NCBI RefSeq assembly: GCF_009914755.1
Contig: NC_060928.1
Direction: 5' to 3' (one strand)
Length of the DNA: 64,000 nucleotides
Source: the human T2T-CHM13v2.0 reference genome, Homo sapiens
This document shows positions 34,430 through 51,230 of the stretch, one piece after another. A model generated the notes under the pieces. It was not told the DNA's origin. It saw only the letters and a list, made by a program, of their open reading frames with translations, and did not search any database. A program made the translations under genes and the position numbers. How positions within the stretch are numbered: the stretch's first letter is position 1; every line of letters starts with the position of its first letter.

Positions 34430-35110
34430 TCTACATATACTCAAATGCATTCATATGTGCAACAAAAGGTAGCACAAGAATTTCATAAGAAAAGCTGGGA
34501 GCTGTGGCCTGTGCCTGTAATCCCATGCTACTTGGGAGGTAGTGTGGGAGAATGCCTGAGCCTGGGAGTTTAAGGCTGCAGTGAGCTATGATGACACCGC
34601 TGCACTCAGTCCTGGGCAACAGAGTGAGATCCTGTCTCTAAAAAAGAAATTAAAATTAAATTAAAGTTAAAAAAAAAAAAAGAATTTTGTAACAGCCCTA
34701 TTTATAATTCCCCAAACAGGAAACAACCGAAATGTCCATCAACAGGAGACTGGATAATGGGAGAGTCATACAATGAAATACTATTTAGCAATGAAAATAA
34801 AAGCAATTGCAGCCACATAAATGAATTTTACAATGTTAGTAGATATAAAATTTTACAAAGAAGGTAGATATAAAAATATCATATTGCATTATTCCATTTA
34901 TATAAGGTTTAAAAGTGGCAAAATGAATTTGATAGAGCACACGATAAGGCTTAGAGTGGAGATGAGGGGGTAGTAACTGGTCAGTGTACAGAGGGCACTG
35001 CTGGGCAGTTTTGTTTTCTGACCTGGGTGGTGGATACACAGTTATGATCACTTTGTAAAAATTTATTGATCTACACACATGCATATTCAGCATTTATCTT
35101 ACATTTCTGT
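34430..35110 (+). mobile_element. Old L1 (L1ME-like) 3' region
   Basis: ggaaacaaccgaaatgtccatcaacaggagactggataa; attccatttatataag; ctgacctgggtggtggatacac. Confidence 0.7.
34494..34681 (+). mobile_element. FRAM / right Alu monomer
   Basis: Right monomer only; TSD aagaatttcataa/aagaattttgtaa. Confidence 0.85.
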
Positions 35111-36225
35111 TAAAAAGCACATTGAAAAATAAATGCCAGCTCTTTTAAGCAATATATTTCAATGTATGTTAATTGTTGGGAGTGTTTCAAGAACGAATTT
35201 TTGGCCTTTCTGTGACTTGCCTCAATTTTCTTGTGCTTGGACTCTATCCAGAGGAAAGTGGATGCTTGAAGATACAGCATTGGAAATATCATTAAAGATC
35301 TTTAATAATTTTCTTCCAATTTTGAAAAAAATCAACCACATTTTGGTCTACTCATCGTTTAACAGCAGCTCTAAAATGTTAAGAATTCTGCTAAGAACTT
35401 ACCCTAACAGCAAATTCATATACAAAAATTTTGCTAATTTTTCAAAATCAAGTTCAGATCTTAAGTTAAATTGTTATTTGACATTTGCTTTCTACATATT
35501 AAAAACCTACCAAGAGGTTTTTGTCAGCGGAGTGAATTCTGAGAGAAATCTAACGTGGGCACAAAGAAGTTACAGCCCCACCAAATACTGTTTTGTTTTT
35601 ATATTTGAGTGCCTACCTGCCAATTACTGTTTATTAGCTTTTGCTCATGTGGGCAGATGCCCTTGATAAAACCAAAATTTGTTATTGAACAAAGTCAAAT
35701 TCTCCAGGTAGGTACAATGTTGGAGACAGCCACATAATTCATATCTGCCCAGGGCTAGGACCTTGAGTTGACAAATTTTGCCAACCTTAACTAGTAAAGC
35801 TTAGATTTGCTACCAGGCCTTTTCACCTAGAAGTCCATGACCATGTTCTCAGAATGAAATGTACTTTCATGGGCATTCTGGAGGTACAAGAACTACTCTG
35901 TTTCATTTGTATTCTAAGCGGCCAGGCTTGAGGACTCATGCAGTCTTTAATTTATAAATAGCATTTTATAAAGCACAGAATTCCAAGAGGTAGAAAATGT
36001 TGTGTTACAGAAATGGTGAATAAGTAGAAAGTAAATAGTCCTTCAGCAATAGTGAATTTTGACAGGAAAACAATGCTAGCATAAGCCTATCCTACATAGT
36101 GACTGCCTGTGTTCTTTAAGTGCTACTATTGTATTTTGTTTGATTTAAAATAGAATGAAAAATTCTCAGCCTGTAAGTCCCAAGAAGCAGACTGACTGAC
36201 ATCAGTAGCATATGCCCCAGAATGA

Positions 36226-36852
<627 letters not shown>

Positions 36853-36854
36853 AA

Positions 36855-37075
36855 TTTTTTTTTTTTTTTTTAGACAGATGTCTCCCTCTGTCGCCCAGGC
36901 TAGAGTGCAGTGGCACCATCACAGCTCATACAGCCTTGATCTCCCTGGCTTAAACGACCTTCTGCCTCAGCTTCCCAAGTAGCTGGGACCACAGACACGT
37001 GCCACCACACCCAGCTAATTTTTTTTTTTAATATTCTTGTAAAGATGGGGTCTCCTTGTGTTGCACAGGCTCATC
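36855..37075 (-). mobile_element. Truncated AluJ
   Basis: Right arm plus part of left arm. Confidence 0.88.
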
Positions 37076-37103
37076 TGTCACTTTTTTATGCAGAAATTTG
37101 TTA

Positions 37104-37661
<558 letters not shown>

Positions 37662-37854
37662 TTAAATCTAGACATTGATTAGATTAGATTTGATTCATTC
37701 ATTTTTTTTTTTTTAACCATCGTGGCCATTTTAGGCCTCAATTTGCTGTCATTTAAAATGCTTTTGGACTTGGCATAATTCCCTGCTGTATATTTTTGTT
37801 GTTGTTGTTTTTAGTTATTATTTAATATGGTACTTTATTCTGTTAGTGGCCTTT

Positions 37855-38910
<1,056 letters not shown>

Positions 38911-38949
38911 CTCTTATTCCGTGAATGGACACTCAGCCTCTTATCAGCA

Positions 38950-39496
38950 GAGCTGGGAAGAGAACCTAAATCTTTCCAAGTCTTATGCTGTGCCCTATCT
39001 ATCACAGAATGCTTCTGGAAGGAGAAGAAGAGCTCCCTTTTTGTATTTCTCACATCCACCATAATCTTTTGAAATTAGAACCCTGCAGCAGTCTTGGAAA
39101 AAGTACCATTCCACTCTTCCCAGTCAAGGACTCATAAAACCCACTGTAAGGACAATGTTAATATTACTGTTGCAGTTGAAAATTTTCTTTACCATCAGCA
39201 ATTACTTTTACAGTATTTTGAACAAAATTGAATGCTGGGTCAGAGAAAACAAATTCCTAGGGATTGACAATCATCAATGATAATTCTTTCCATTTCCTAG
39301 TGTCTAATTTTTTCAGATCAGCTTGTCATATATTCATTGTGACTATCTTAATTATTGTAAGCCTCACTAGTATTAAAATTCTTTTTTCCCAAGACTGGCA
39401 AATAGAATCTAAATCTTTCCAAGTCTTATCCGGGGCCCTTTCCATCACAGAATGCTTCCGGAAGGAGAAGAGCTCCGTTTTCCTATTTCTTATATC
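38950..39496 (+). repeat. Dispersed ~105-bp direct repeat (38950-39055 and 39392-39496)
   Basis: ctaaatctttccaagtcttat...atcacagaatgcttcYggaaggagaag present in both copies. Confidence 0.9.
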
Positions 39497-39545
39497 AATT
39501 ACTGATCATTGATGATGATTATTGAAAATTGTTAACGTTAGATAA

Positions 39546-40140
39546 TGTAAACCAGAAAGTATCTGAAACAGGACTCAATCAGTATAGAAAGTTATTTTGT
39601 CAAGGTTAAGGACACATCTGTGACACAGCCTCACAAGGTCATGAGGACACACATCTGAGGTGGTTGAGGTACAGCTTGCTGTTATACATTTTAAAGAGAC
39701 ATGAGACATCAATCAATATACGTAAGATGTACATTGGTTCCATCCAGTAAGGCGGGACAACTTAGTGGGGTGGTGCTTCCAGATCATAAGTAGGTAAAAG
39801 ACAAAAGGTTGCATTCTTTTGAGTCCTTGATCAGCCTTCCACTGAATGCACAATTTAGTCTGCCTCGGTGAATCTGCATTTTTACAAAATAGGGCAGAGA
39901 AAGCAATCAGATAAGCCTTTGTCTCAGGTGAGCCTTAGAAGGATGACTTTGAGTTCTGCCTGTTTTGTCCACAAGGAATTTCCTTGTGGGCAAATTGTGC
40001 GGGAGGTATGTAGCTTTTTATCGTGGTAGCTATCTTATTTAGGAATAAAATGGGAAGCAGGTTTGCCTGACATAGTTCGCAGCCTGACTTTTCCTTTGGC
40101 CTAGTGATTTTGGGGTCCTGAAATTTATTTTCCTTTCACA
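39546..40140 (-). mobile_element. MER4A-like solo LTR
   Basis: tgtaaaccagaaagtatctga...atttattttcctttcaca; perfect TSD ataa. Confidence 0.88.
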
Positions 40141-40195
40141 ATAATAAGTAATAGGGTTTGCTATAATAATCCCTCTTTTAAAATGAAATAAGATA

Positions 40196-40595
<400 letters not shown>

Positions 40596-40991
40596 TCAGG
40601 TTGTCATATTGACACAGAGGGTTTGGAAGCTGTCTTTTGACTCAAACAAGCTTAGGCCTCTTCTGTTGCAGAAACACCACTGTATTCATTGCTATTTATT
40701 ACAACTGAACTCTGTTACTGTGATTTTAGCCTTGTCTCCACGGGAACCCATTTATTTATTTATTTTGTAAATATCTGTATTCTGTTGAAGGAAGCCCATT
40801 TATTAGCAAAAGCTGTTACACACTTTATTTTCAAAAATACCCAGTGTTTTGAAAAGACTCCCAAGTTGTGTTTTCCTCTACTCTCATACCACCACCACAA
40901 CAATCATCAACACAGAAGACTTCGGTGACCAAACGTGGGGATTTTTCCCCACATGCCAAGCAGTGAACACCAGCTGGGTGTCCTCCAATTA

Positions 40992-41335
<344 letters not shown>

Positions 41336-41956
41336 TTCCACAGTCTACCCAGAGACAGTGTCAGATCCCATAAGGTGAGGGTTTAGTCCCCAAAACTGCC
41401 CCTAACCCCAAACACCAGTCGTTAAGTCAGGGCCTCTGGAACTTCTGACCCATTGGCTTCAAATTGGGATTCCCAAAACCCCCTCCTCGGGTTTGATTAA
41501 TTTGCGGGGGCAGCTCACAAAACTCAGGGAAATTAATTATTCTATTATGTTTACTGGTTTATTATAAAGGATATTACCAAGGATACAGATAAGGAGATGC
41601 ATAAGGCAAGATATGGGGAAAGAGGCTTCCATGCCCTCCCTGGGCGCAGGACCCTCCAGGAAGCTCCATGAGTTCACCTATCTGGAAGCTCCCGAACCCA
41701 GTCCTCTTGGGTTTTTATGGAAGTCTAATGATGTCAGCATTTCTTCCCCCAGTGTATAAGGCGGGACGGCTCTAGTGGGGGTCTTAAGACTCACAATCAG
41801 AAAGGCGGGAAAGATGAGAGTCCTGCCTTGGGGCAGGTGAAAGGAGAGCAGGAGGTCAGAGGCCTTCCCCTAAGGCCTAACATGCCCAACATGATAACAA
41901 AATACTCTAACAGGGGATATGGGAGTTATGAGCCAGGAGCGGTGGACAAAAAACAT

Positions 41957-42165
41957 TATATAATACCTATTTATGTGTATATACCATTATATATTATATA
42001 TATGCATATATAACATTGCATATCATATTATTATATAATTATACACAATACCAATTAATTTATATTTTTAGTATTACTAATTAATAATATTTATTATTGA
42101 TTTATATTATTATCTATTAATATTATTATATAATTATATACTATTAATATATTATATATATATAA
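41957..42165. repeat. AT-rich low-complexity tract
   Basis: About 200 bp, mostly A/T. Confidence 0.9.
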
Positions 42166-42166
42166 A

Positions 42167-42304
42167 ATCTCCTGGCCCCAAGCGATCCTCCCATGTCAGT
42201 ATTTCAAGTAGCTGGCACTACAGGCTTGAACCACCACACCAGGCTAATTTTGTTTATTTTTTTATAGAGACAAGGTCACACTGTCTTGCCCAGGCTGGTC
42301 TCAA
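42167..42304 (-). mobile_element. Internal AluJ fragment
   Basis: ctcctggccccaagcgatcctccc...caggctggtctcaa. Confidence 0.85.
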
Positions 42305-43368
42305 TACATGTAATATAATATATAATATACATATTATATCCATATATATGCACACATAAAATAACACCACAGCCAGTAGTGAATATGAAGTCAATATTGT
42401 TCTAGATCAGGGAGATTATTGCATCCCCCAATTGCTGAGGGAAGATTACAAGGCACTTGTCTGAGACTTGCATGGTTCTACTGAAGTGAAGCAGTAGAAC
42501 TCATCAGGCACATTTTTTCAAATGAAAAGAAATGTGGCATTATGCATGCAATTATGGACCTTTAAAGATAAATAAGCCTTAGAGAAGCATCAGAGCTTCT
42601 CAACTGAAATTAAAGATCCTTAAGATAGATATGGAAAGAAATTCTCCAATGCCATCCCCTTAAGCGTAGCTGAATTTCAGTGAAGAGTAATTCAAGAAGT
42701 AAAAAACTAAGTATGGGTTATCAAATGTTTCTTATCCAAAGACTTTTCTTGGATTTTGGGATTTTCTTCTACTTCTTTTTTTGTTTTTGTTTTTAACTCT
42801 TATTTTATATGGTATTTTATTCTCTTCAAAAGTGATCTCTTCAAAATCATGTAGCTTTATCCTGGGTGGGTTTGGGGCAAATCTCAGCTTCTCTTGAATC
42901 TCCTCAGGCCTTTTAAATCAGGTTCAGCATCTGTATTTTTAATATTAAATTGCATACATTAAATTCCATTATAACTAGTATATTGGCATTTTTTACTTGT
43001 TTTATTTCAATACTATTATGCTATAGTGAATGTTGAGCTAGAAGTCAGTCTCATTTTAAAAGGAGTAAATAAAACATTGATAACTTAGATGTAAGCTTCT
43101 TACTGTGTTTGAGTTTTGAAGTGAAGAAAAAGTGAGCAAGTTAAAGGAAAATGGCTACTTGCATATTAGATGAAAAATTACAAAGTGCTAAAACAGCTCA
43201 TCTCTCCTCTCTGTCTTCTCCCATACAATATTAATGGCATCTGATCACGAACTTGTGCTAGTAAAAAGTCTGTCTTTCCTGAGTAGAGACCATAGTAAAT
43301 AAGCATTGTCTAGGATTAGTGATTCTGACCAGTGCAGCAAACACTTGGATCTGTTGAAAGATGGAAAT

Positions 43369-43776
43369 TGTTTGAAAGATTCTCCCCAGGGCCTGAAAGC
43401 TTGAAGGCATGAGTAACTCCTCCCTTCTTAGGCCCAGTTCCAAGGCGCAAGGCTATTTGTGCCAGCAGCCTGCGCCAGCAAGATAGCAGAAGCAGGAAGA
43501 GAGCCGGTTAGAAGACATGTACCCTGCTGCAAGACACCTATCCCTGAAGATCGAGAGAGTCCATCCCGGTACCACAAGGCAGTTACGACAGACTGGGACA
43601 CTTCCTGTTTACAGGAAGCTATAAAACCCCTCCCCCGTCCTCATTTGGGGCTGACGCCATTTTAGGCCTCAGCCTACCTGCACCCAGGCGCTCATTAAAA
43701 CAGCATGTTGCTTCACTCTGCCTGGTGTTGTCTGTCGGTGCACTTTCGGGGTTCGAACCGACATAAGAACCTTACA
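43369..43776 (+). mobile_element. MER48-like ERV1 solo LTR
   Basis: gaaagattctccccagggcctgaaagcttgaag...aagaaccttaca; TATAAAA at 43620-43626 and ATTAAA at about 43694. Confidence 0.75.
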
Positions 43777-43781
43777 AATAG

Positions 43782-44248
<467 letters not shown>

Positions 44249-44775
44249 TAAGATTTAGAAGCATTTTAACAAATTCTTACAACTACTGATCAGAAATTAT
44301 CATGACAGTTAATATTTATGCTTCCCTCTGTTTTCAGTTTCATCCAATGCTTCTAATTTAACTACTGCATGGCATGTTTCAGAAAAAATTGAACAAATAA
44401 AAAATTTGTATTCCATTGGCTTAGATTTAAATTTTATATCTATTTTATCTTCATACATGTTATGATTTTCAATACACAGTAGCAGAAAACTCAGGTTGAT
44501 TTTTCCTGCGCAAAACGAAAAATTGAAGATTGCACAAATCAGTTTTCCTGAAGTGTAAGTAACTGCAATCTTAAAGCAGTTGAATGCTCTGCTATAGAAA
44601 ACTAGCATGTGTATGTGTATACACACATATATATGTATATAAATCTATATATTGAAATATTTGCCTTAGTAAAATCATTGGGATCTCTAAGAATAGTATC
44701 GAATGGAAAGTCTGGGAATTCTTATCAGGAATCCTCATAAACTCAAGCCCTGGTGAATAAAAATAATAGAATGAA

Positions 44776-45094
44776 GGCCAGGAGTGGTGCCTTACACCTG
44801 AAATCCCAGCACTTTGGGCGGCCAAGGCGGGCAGATCGATTGAGCCCAGGAGTTCAAGACCAGCCTGGGCAACATTGCAAAATCCTGTCTCTACAAAAAA
44901 TACAAAAACTAGCTGGGTCTGGTGGTGTGGGCCTTTTGTCCCAGTTACTTGGGAGGCTGAGGTGGGAAGACTGCTTGAGCCGGGGAAGTCAAGGCTACAG
45001 TGAGCCGTGTTCGTGCCACTGCATTATAGCCTGGATGAAAGAGCAAGACTTTGTCTCCAAAATTTAAAAAAGAAACCAAAAAAATAATAAAAAA
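44776..45094 (+). mobile_element. AluJ
   Basis: ttgagcccaggagttc and gaggtgggaagactgcttgagcc. Confidence 0.92.
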
Positions 45095-45538
45095 GTATAG
45101 AGAATTGTTTCCTAATATCATCAAAGAACAGAGGCTAGGAAGGGAAAATAGCAAGGCAATTTTATAGATATATTATATATGTATTTCAAGAAGCAATAGA
45201 TATTTTAAGGATTAACTAAAATCTTTATAGTCTTCGCAAGGTATATTTTATTATTTCTTTATTTTGCACTAAAACTCTTAAAAGTATAGAAGACGAATTG
45301 CAGAAAAGGAATCCAGCAAAATGGAAATATTTATGTCCTACCCTAAAGGAGGAACTATAAGTGGTAGAGCAGGTGGTAACAGCTGTAGAAAAGAGGCCCT
45401 CTAGACAAATCCTAAGGGGTTTTGGAAGGAAGAAAGAGATGTTGGCCTGAGACCTGAGATGAAAAAACTAATGAAGCTGGTATGGAGCTTTAACTAGCCT
45501 GAGGCCTAATTGCTTCCTCAATAGGTGATGGATTTAGG

Positions 45539-45721
45539 GCAGCAGTCCTCAGCACTGGCTGCACATCACAATAACCTATGAAGCTTTTGCAAAGTTTCCA
45601 TGCTAGGGCGAAACTCTCTTGAGAGTAAGGTATAACCGGATCGAGGTGGGATGAGGGCCTGGGCCTGAGCATTTTAAAACATTGCCAGGAATTTCTGTGC
45701 TTTCAGGATTTAGAACCACTG
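45539..45721. mobile_element. MER5-like hAT-Charlie MITE
   Basis: cagcagtcctcagcactggctgcacatcacaataacct...ttagaaccactg. Confidence 0.7.
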
Positions 45722-46254
45722 AGGTAAGGTTTTTCTCACTTGATATGTTTATTTTTGCAAGTTCAGCATCTGAAGATGTTTCTTTTGAATTTATTATGTG
45801 CAATTACTATATCCTGCTGTTAGGTGAGTAATGATCCCATTAGTTCTTTGGGCCACGGTCTAGCCAGGCTTAAAGTATGAGAAACAGAGAAAAACAGTAG
45901 CACACTCAAATTTTTTAAGAAAAAAGTAAAATAAAATATACTTTATTAAAACAGTTCAATACATGTAGGATTACAACCCTCCAAACTAATGTTTAAACTG
46001 AGCTTGAAAATCAGTCTGATACCTTCCTCACTAATCTGTAGTTGTTAGCAATCAATGTTTATTCTCAACTTGGTTATTCATAACCATTCTTCTTTAAAAT
46101 GTTTCCTTCATTCTCTAAATCCTTATCTTGGAGATAGGCCTCTTATATTGAACACTAGTATAGTCTTACATGACTGTTTCTGTCCAAAAGACATTTCTAT
46201 GTTCTGGAAAGAAAGTGAAATGCTTGTTCATTGTATTGTATCTCTTTAATTTCA

Positions 46255-46600
<346 letters not shown>

Positions 46601-46924
46601 ATTTTTTAAAAAGACATAAAACAAACTTATTTCTGATATATGTGTCATGCAAAAGAATGTATTTATTTTCTATAAAAACATTACATTTTAGAATAATATT
46701 TAATAAAAGAAATAATAGAAAATTACCATTTTGCAATCATCATACAAATAATTAATTCAAGCAGCAGTCATCAATGGATGCTAAGATGCTTGAGTTCAAG
46801 TTTCACAGCATATTTATCTAGTCTTAAAGTACTTCCCACAAACTAGAATAACAAAGATGAAAGTGGTAACTTTATAGTGGAGAAACCTGGCAGACACTAC
46901 TTCAACCAAGAAAGGACATTCCAA

Positions 46925-46997
46925 GGGCACATGTCGTCAGGACCTCCTGAAGCTGTGTCATCGGCAAAAAATAATTCAAAAAAAGAAAAGAAAAAAA
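46925..46997 (+). mobile_element. 41-nt MER4-LTR-derived retrocopy with poly(A) tail
   Basis: gggcacatgtcgtcaggacctcctgaagctgtgtcatcggc plus A-rich tail; TSD aaggacat (46912-46919 and 46999-47006). Confidence 0.75.
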
Positions 46998-47122
46998 TAA
47001 GGACATACCGGTAATTATGTGCCTCCTGATGTGAAGCACCGAGAAGGATACATTATCACCTAATATGGTGTTCCCACCAAAAATGCCTAGCCTGAAACTG
47101 ATCGTAAAAAAATAATCCAACC

Positions 47123-47410
47123 AGCCTGGACACAGTGGCTTATGCCTGTAATCCCAGCACTTTGGGAGGCCTAGGTGGGAGAATCACTTGAGGCCAGCCT
47201 GGGCAATATGTTGAAACCCTGTCTCTTCAAAAATAGGAAAAAATTAACTGAGTGTGGTGGCACACACCTGTAGTCCCAGCTACTCAGGAGGGTGAAGTGG
47301 GAGGATTACTTGATCCCAGAAAATTGAGGCTGCAGTGAGCTGCGGTGGTACCACTGCATTCTAGCCTGGGCTGCAGAGTGAGACCAGGTGTCTTAAAAAA
47401 AAAAAAAAAA
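47123..47410 (+). mobile_element. AluJ with internal deletion
   Basis: cttgaggcc|agcctggg junction. Confidence 0.92.
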
Positions 47411-47736
<326 letters not shown>

Positions 47737-47899
47737 TTAAAAAGCATGACAATTAGATGCGATGCATGATCCTGAATCAGATTCTGGATGGAAAAGGTAA
47801 TTATTTTTTCACAAACGATATTAAAGGAACAACTGGAGAAATTTGTATATGCATTGTCCAGTACCACATCATTGTTAAATTTTCAGAATATGATCATTG

Positions 47900-48602
47900 T
47901 GAGAGGTGAAGCCAGCTGGGCTTCTGGGTCTGGTGGGGACTTGGAGAACTTTTCTGTCTAGCTAAAGGATTGTAAATGCACCAATCAGCACTCTGTGTCT
48001 AGCTAAAGGTTTGTAAATGCACCAGTGAGCACTCTGTAAAAACAGACCAATCAGCGCTCTGTAAAACAGACCAATCAGCACCCTGTAAAACGGACCAATC
48101 AGTGTTCTATAAAATGGACCAATCAGCAGGATGTGGGTGGGGCCAAATAAGGGAATAAAAGCTGGCCGCCTGACCCAGCACCAGCAACCTGCTGCGGTCC
48201 CTTTGTGTGCTTTGTTATTTCACTCCTGGCAGTAAGTCTTGCTGCTGTTTACTCTTTGGGTCTGCACCATCTTTATGAGCTGTGACGCGCAGTGGGAAGG
48301 TCTGCAGCTTCCCTCCTGAAGTCAGCGAGACCACCAATGCACGGCGAGGGATGAACAACTCTGGACGTGCCACTTTTGAGAGCTGTAACACTCACAGCAA
48401 AGGTTTTTGGCTTCACTTCTGAAGTCAGTGAGACCATGAACCCACCAGAAGGAAGAAACTCAGAACACATCTGAACATCTGAAGGAACAAACTCTGGACG
48501 CACAATTTTTAAGAACTGTAACACTCAGCGCGAGGGTCCGCAGCTTCATTCTTGAAGTCAGTGAGACCCAGAACCCACCGGCAGGAACCAATTCCAGACA
48601 CA
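47900..48602 (+). mobile_element. LTR12 (ERV9) solo LTR
   Basis: tgagaggtgaagccagctggg...aattccagacaca; tandem CCAATCAGC units; TSD attg/actg. Confidence 0.93.
47981..48160 (+). promoter_or_regulatory. LTR12 U3 CCAAT (NF-Y) array, GT-box and AATAAA TATA-like element
   Basis: CCAAT at 47981, 48047, 48071, 48095 and 48119; gggtgggg; gggaataaaa at 48151-48160. Confidence 0.6.
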
Positions 48603-48869
48603 ACTGTGCTCTAGATATGTAATGCAAAGTCATGGTTTTTGTGAGACACATGCTAAAATTATTTAGGGGTAAAGAACCGTGATGTCTGCAGGTTACTTTC
48701 TAATCATTAATATTTCATCAAAAGTAATAAAATAATTATATACAGAAAGAAAAAAATGACAATTTGTTAACTGATGAACCTAGATGACAGATATAAGGGA
48801 ACTCATTGTACTATATCTGTAAGTCTTCGATTTTTTTAAAAGTAAAAATTTGAAAAATTCACATATATA

Positions 48870-49170
48870 GGCTGGGTGTGGTGACTCACACATGTAATTC
48901 CAGAGCTTTGGGAGACCGAGGTGGGTGGATTACTTAAACTGAAGCATTTGAGGCCAGTCTGGGCAACATAGTGGGACCCCGTCTCCACAAAAAATACGAA
49001 AATTAGCCAGGCATGGTGGTGTCCGCCTGTAGTCCCAGGTACTCGGAGACTGAGGTAGGAGGATCACTTGAGCCTGGGAGGTCCAGGATGGTCCGGCCAT
49101 GACCACCCCACTGCACTCCAACCTATGTGACAGAGTAACACTCTGTCTGAAAAACAAGCAAACAAAAAAA
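48870..49170 (+). mobile_element. AluJ
   Basis: Diverged dimer. Confidence 0.92.
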
Positions 49171-49302
49171 ACGAAATCCAACAAACTCAGAGTACTCAAT
49201 AGCATTGTTAAGAGACAAACATTGTTTGCGAATGTCCCTAGTATGTTTTCTTTTTTTATTCCACTTCTCCTTTTACCCACTCTTGAACACTTCAACAAAA
49301 AA

Positions 49303-49595
<293 letters not shown>

Positions 49596-49761
49596 ACTTC
49601 AACAATGATTTGTGAAGAGACAGACAGTAAAGCTCTAGGAAAGAATCCTACTTAAATTAAATCATTTTAAAATTGACAAAATCCTTTCATAGTTCAATAA
49701 CCATTTCCTAATTTATAGGTTTAATAAATTCAGGCTTTTTGATAGTTGGATTTTCCTGAGG

Positions 49762-50074
49762 TTTTTTTGTTTGTTTGTTTTTTGAGACAGAGTCTTGCTC
49801 TGTCACCCAGGCTGGAGTGCAGTGGCATGATCTTGGCTCACTGCAACCTCCGCCTCCAGGTTAAAGCGATATTCCTGCCTCAGCCTCCTGAATAGCTAGG
49901 ACTACAGGTGTATGCCACCACACCTGGCTATTTTTTTTTTTTTTTGTATTTATAGTAGACACAGTGTTTTACCATGTTGGCCAGGCTGGTCTTGATCTCC
50001 TGACCTCAAGCAATCTGCCCGCCTTGGCCTCCCAAAGTGATGGGCTTACAGGCATGCGCCACCACACACAGCCT
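49762..50074 (-). mobile_element. Alu (AluS)
   Basis: Full dimer. Confidence 0.95.
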
Positions 50075-50080
50075 GAGGGC

Positions 50081-50722
<642 letters not shown>

Positions 50723-50916
50723 CTGTTTTGATTTTCAAAGTGGTGAATAGCCATAGGTTTTTTTTTTCCCCCTCACATTAGAAAAGAAATGAGAATTCCA
50801 GTTATTTATCATCTGTGGCATGTGCAACTGACACATTTTGGTGGCAGCAGTGTGTAACTTCAAAATGAAAGTACATAAATTTTTTGTAAGTAAATTATCA
50901 CTGACCCATTTGCTGA

Positions 50917-51230
<314 letters not shown>

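Noticed and set aside
35133-35666. 177-aa ORF in unique sequence
   Set aside because: F/L/I/K/N-rich composition typical of AT-rich non-coding DNA; no recognisable homology
45748-45830. Possible 62-nt exon ending TAG|GTGAGT
   Set aside because: Weak AAG acceptor and no other support; such signals are common by chance
47955-48130. Regularly spaced repeats superficially like a CRISPR array
   Set aside because: LTR12 U3 tandem CCAAT units in primate DNA; no unique spacers or cas genes
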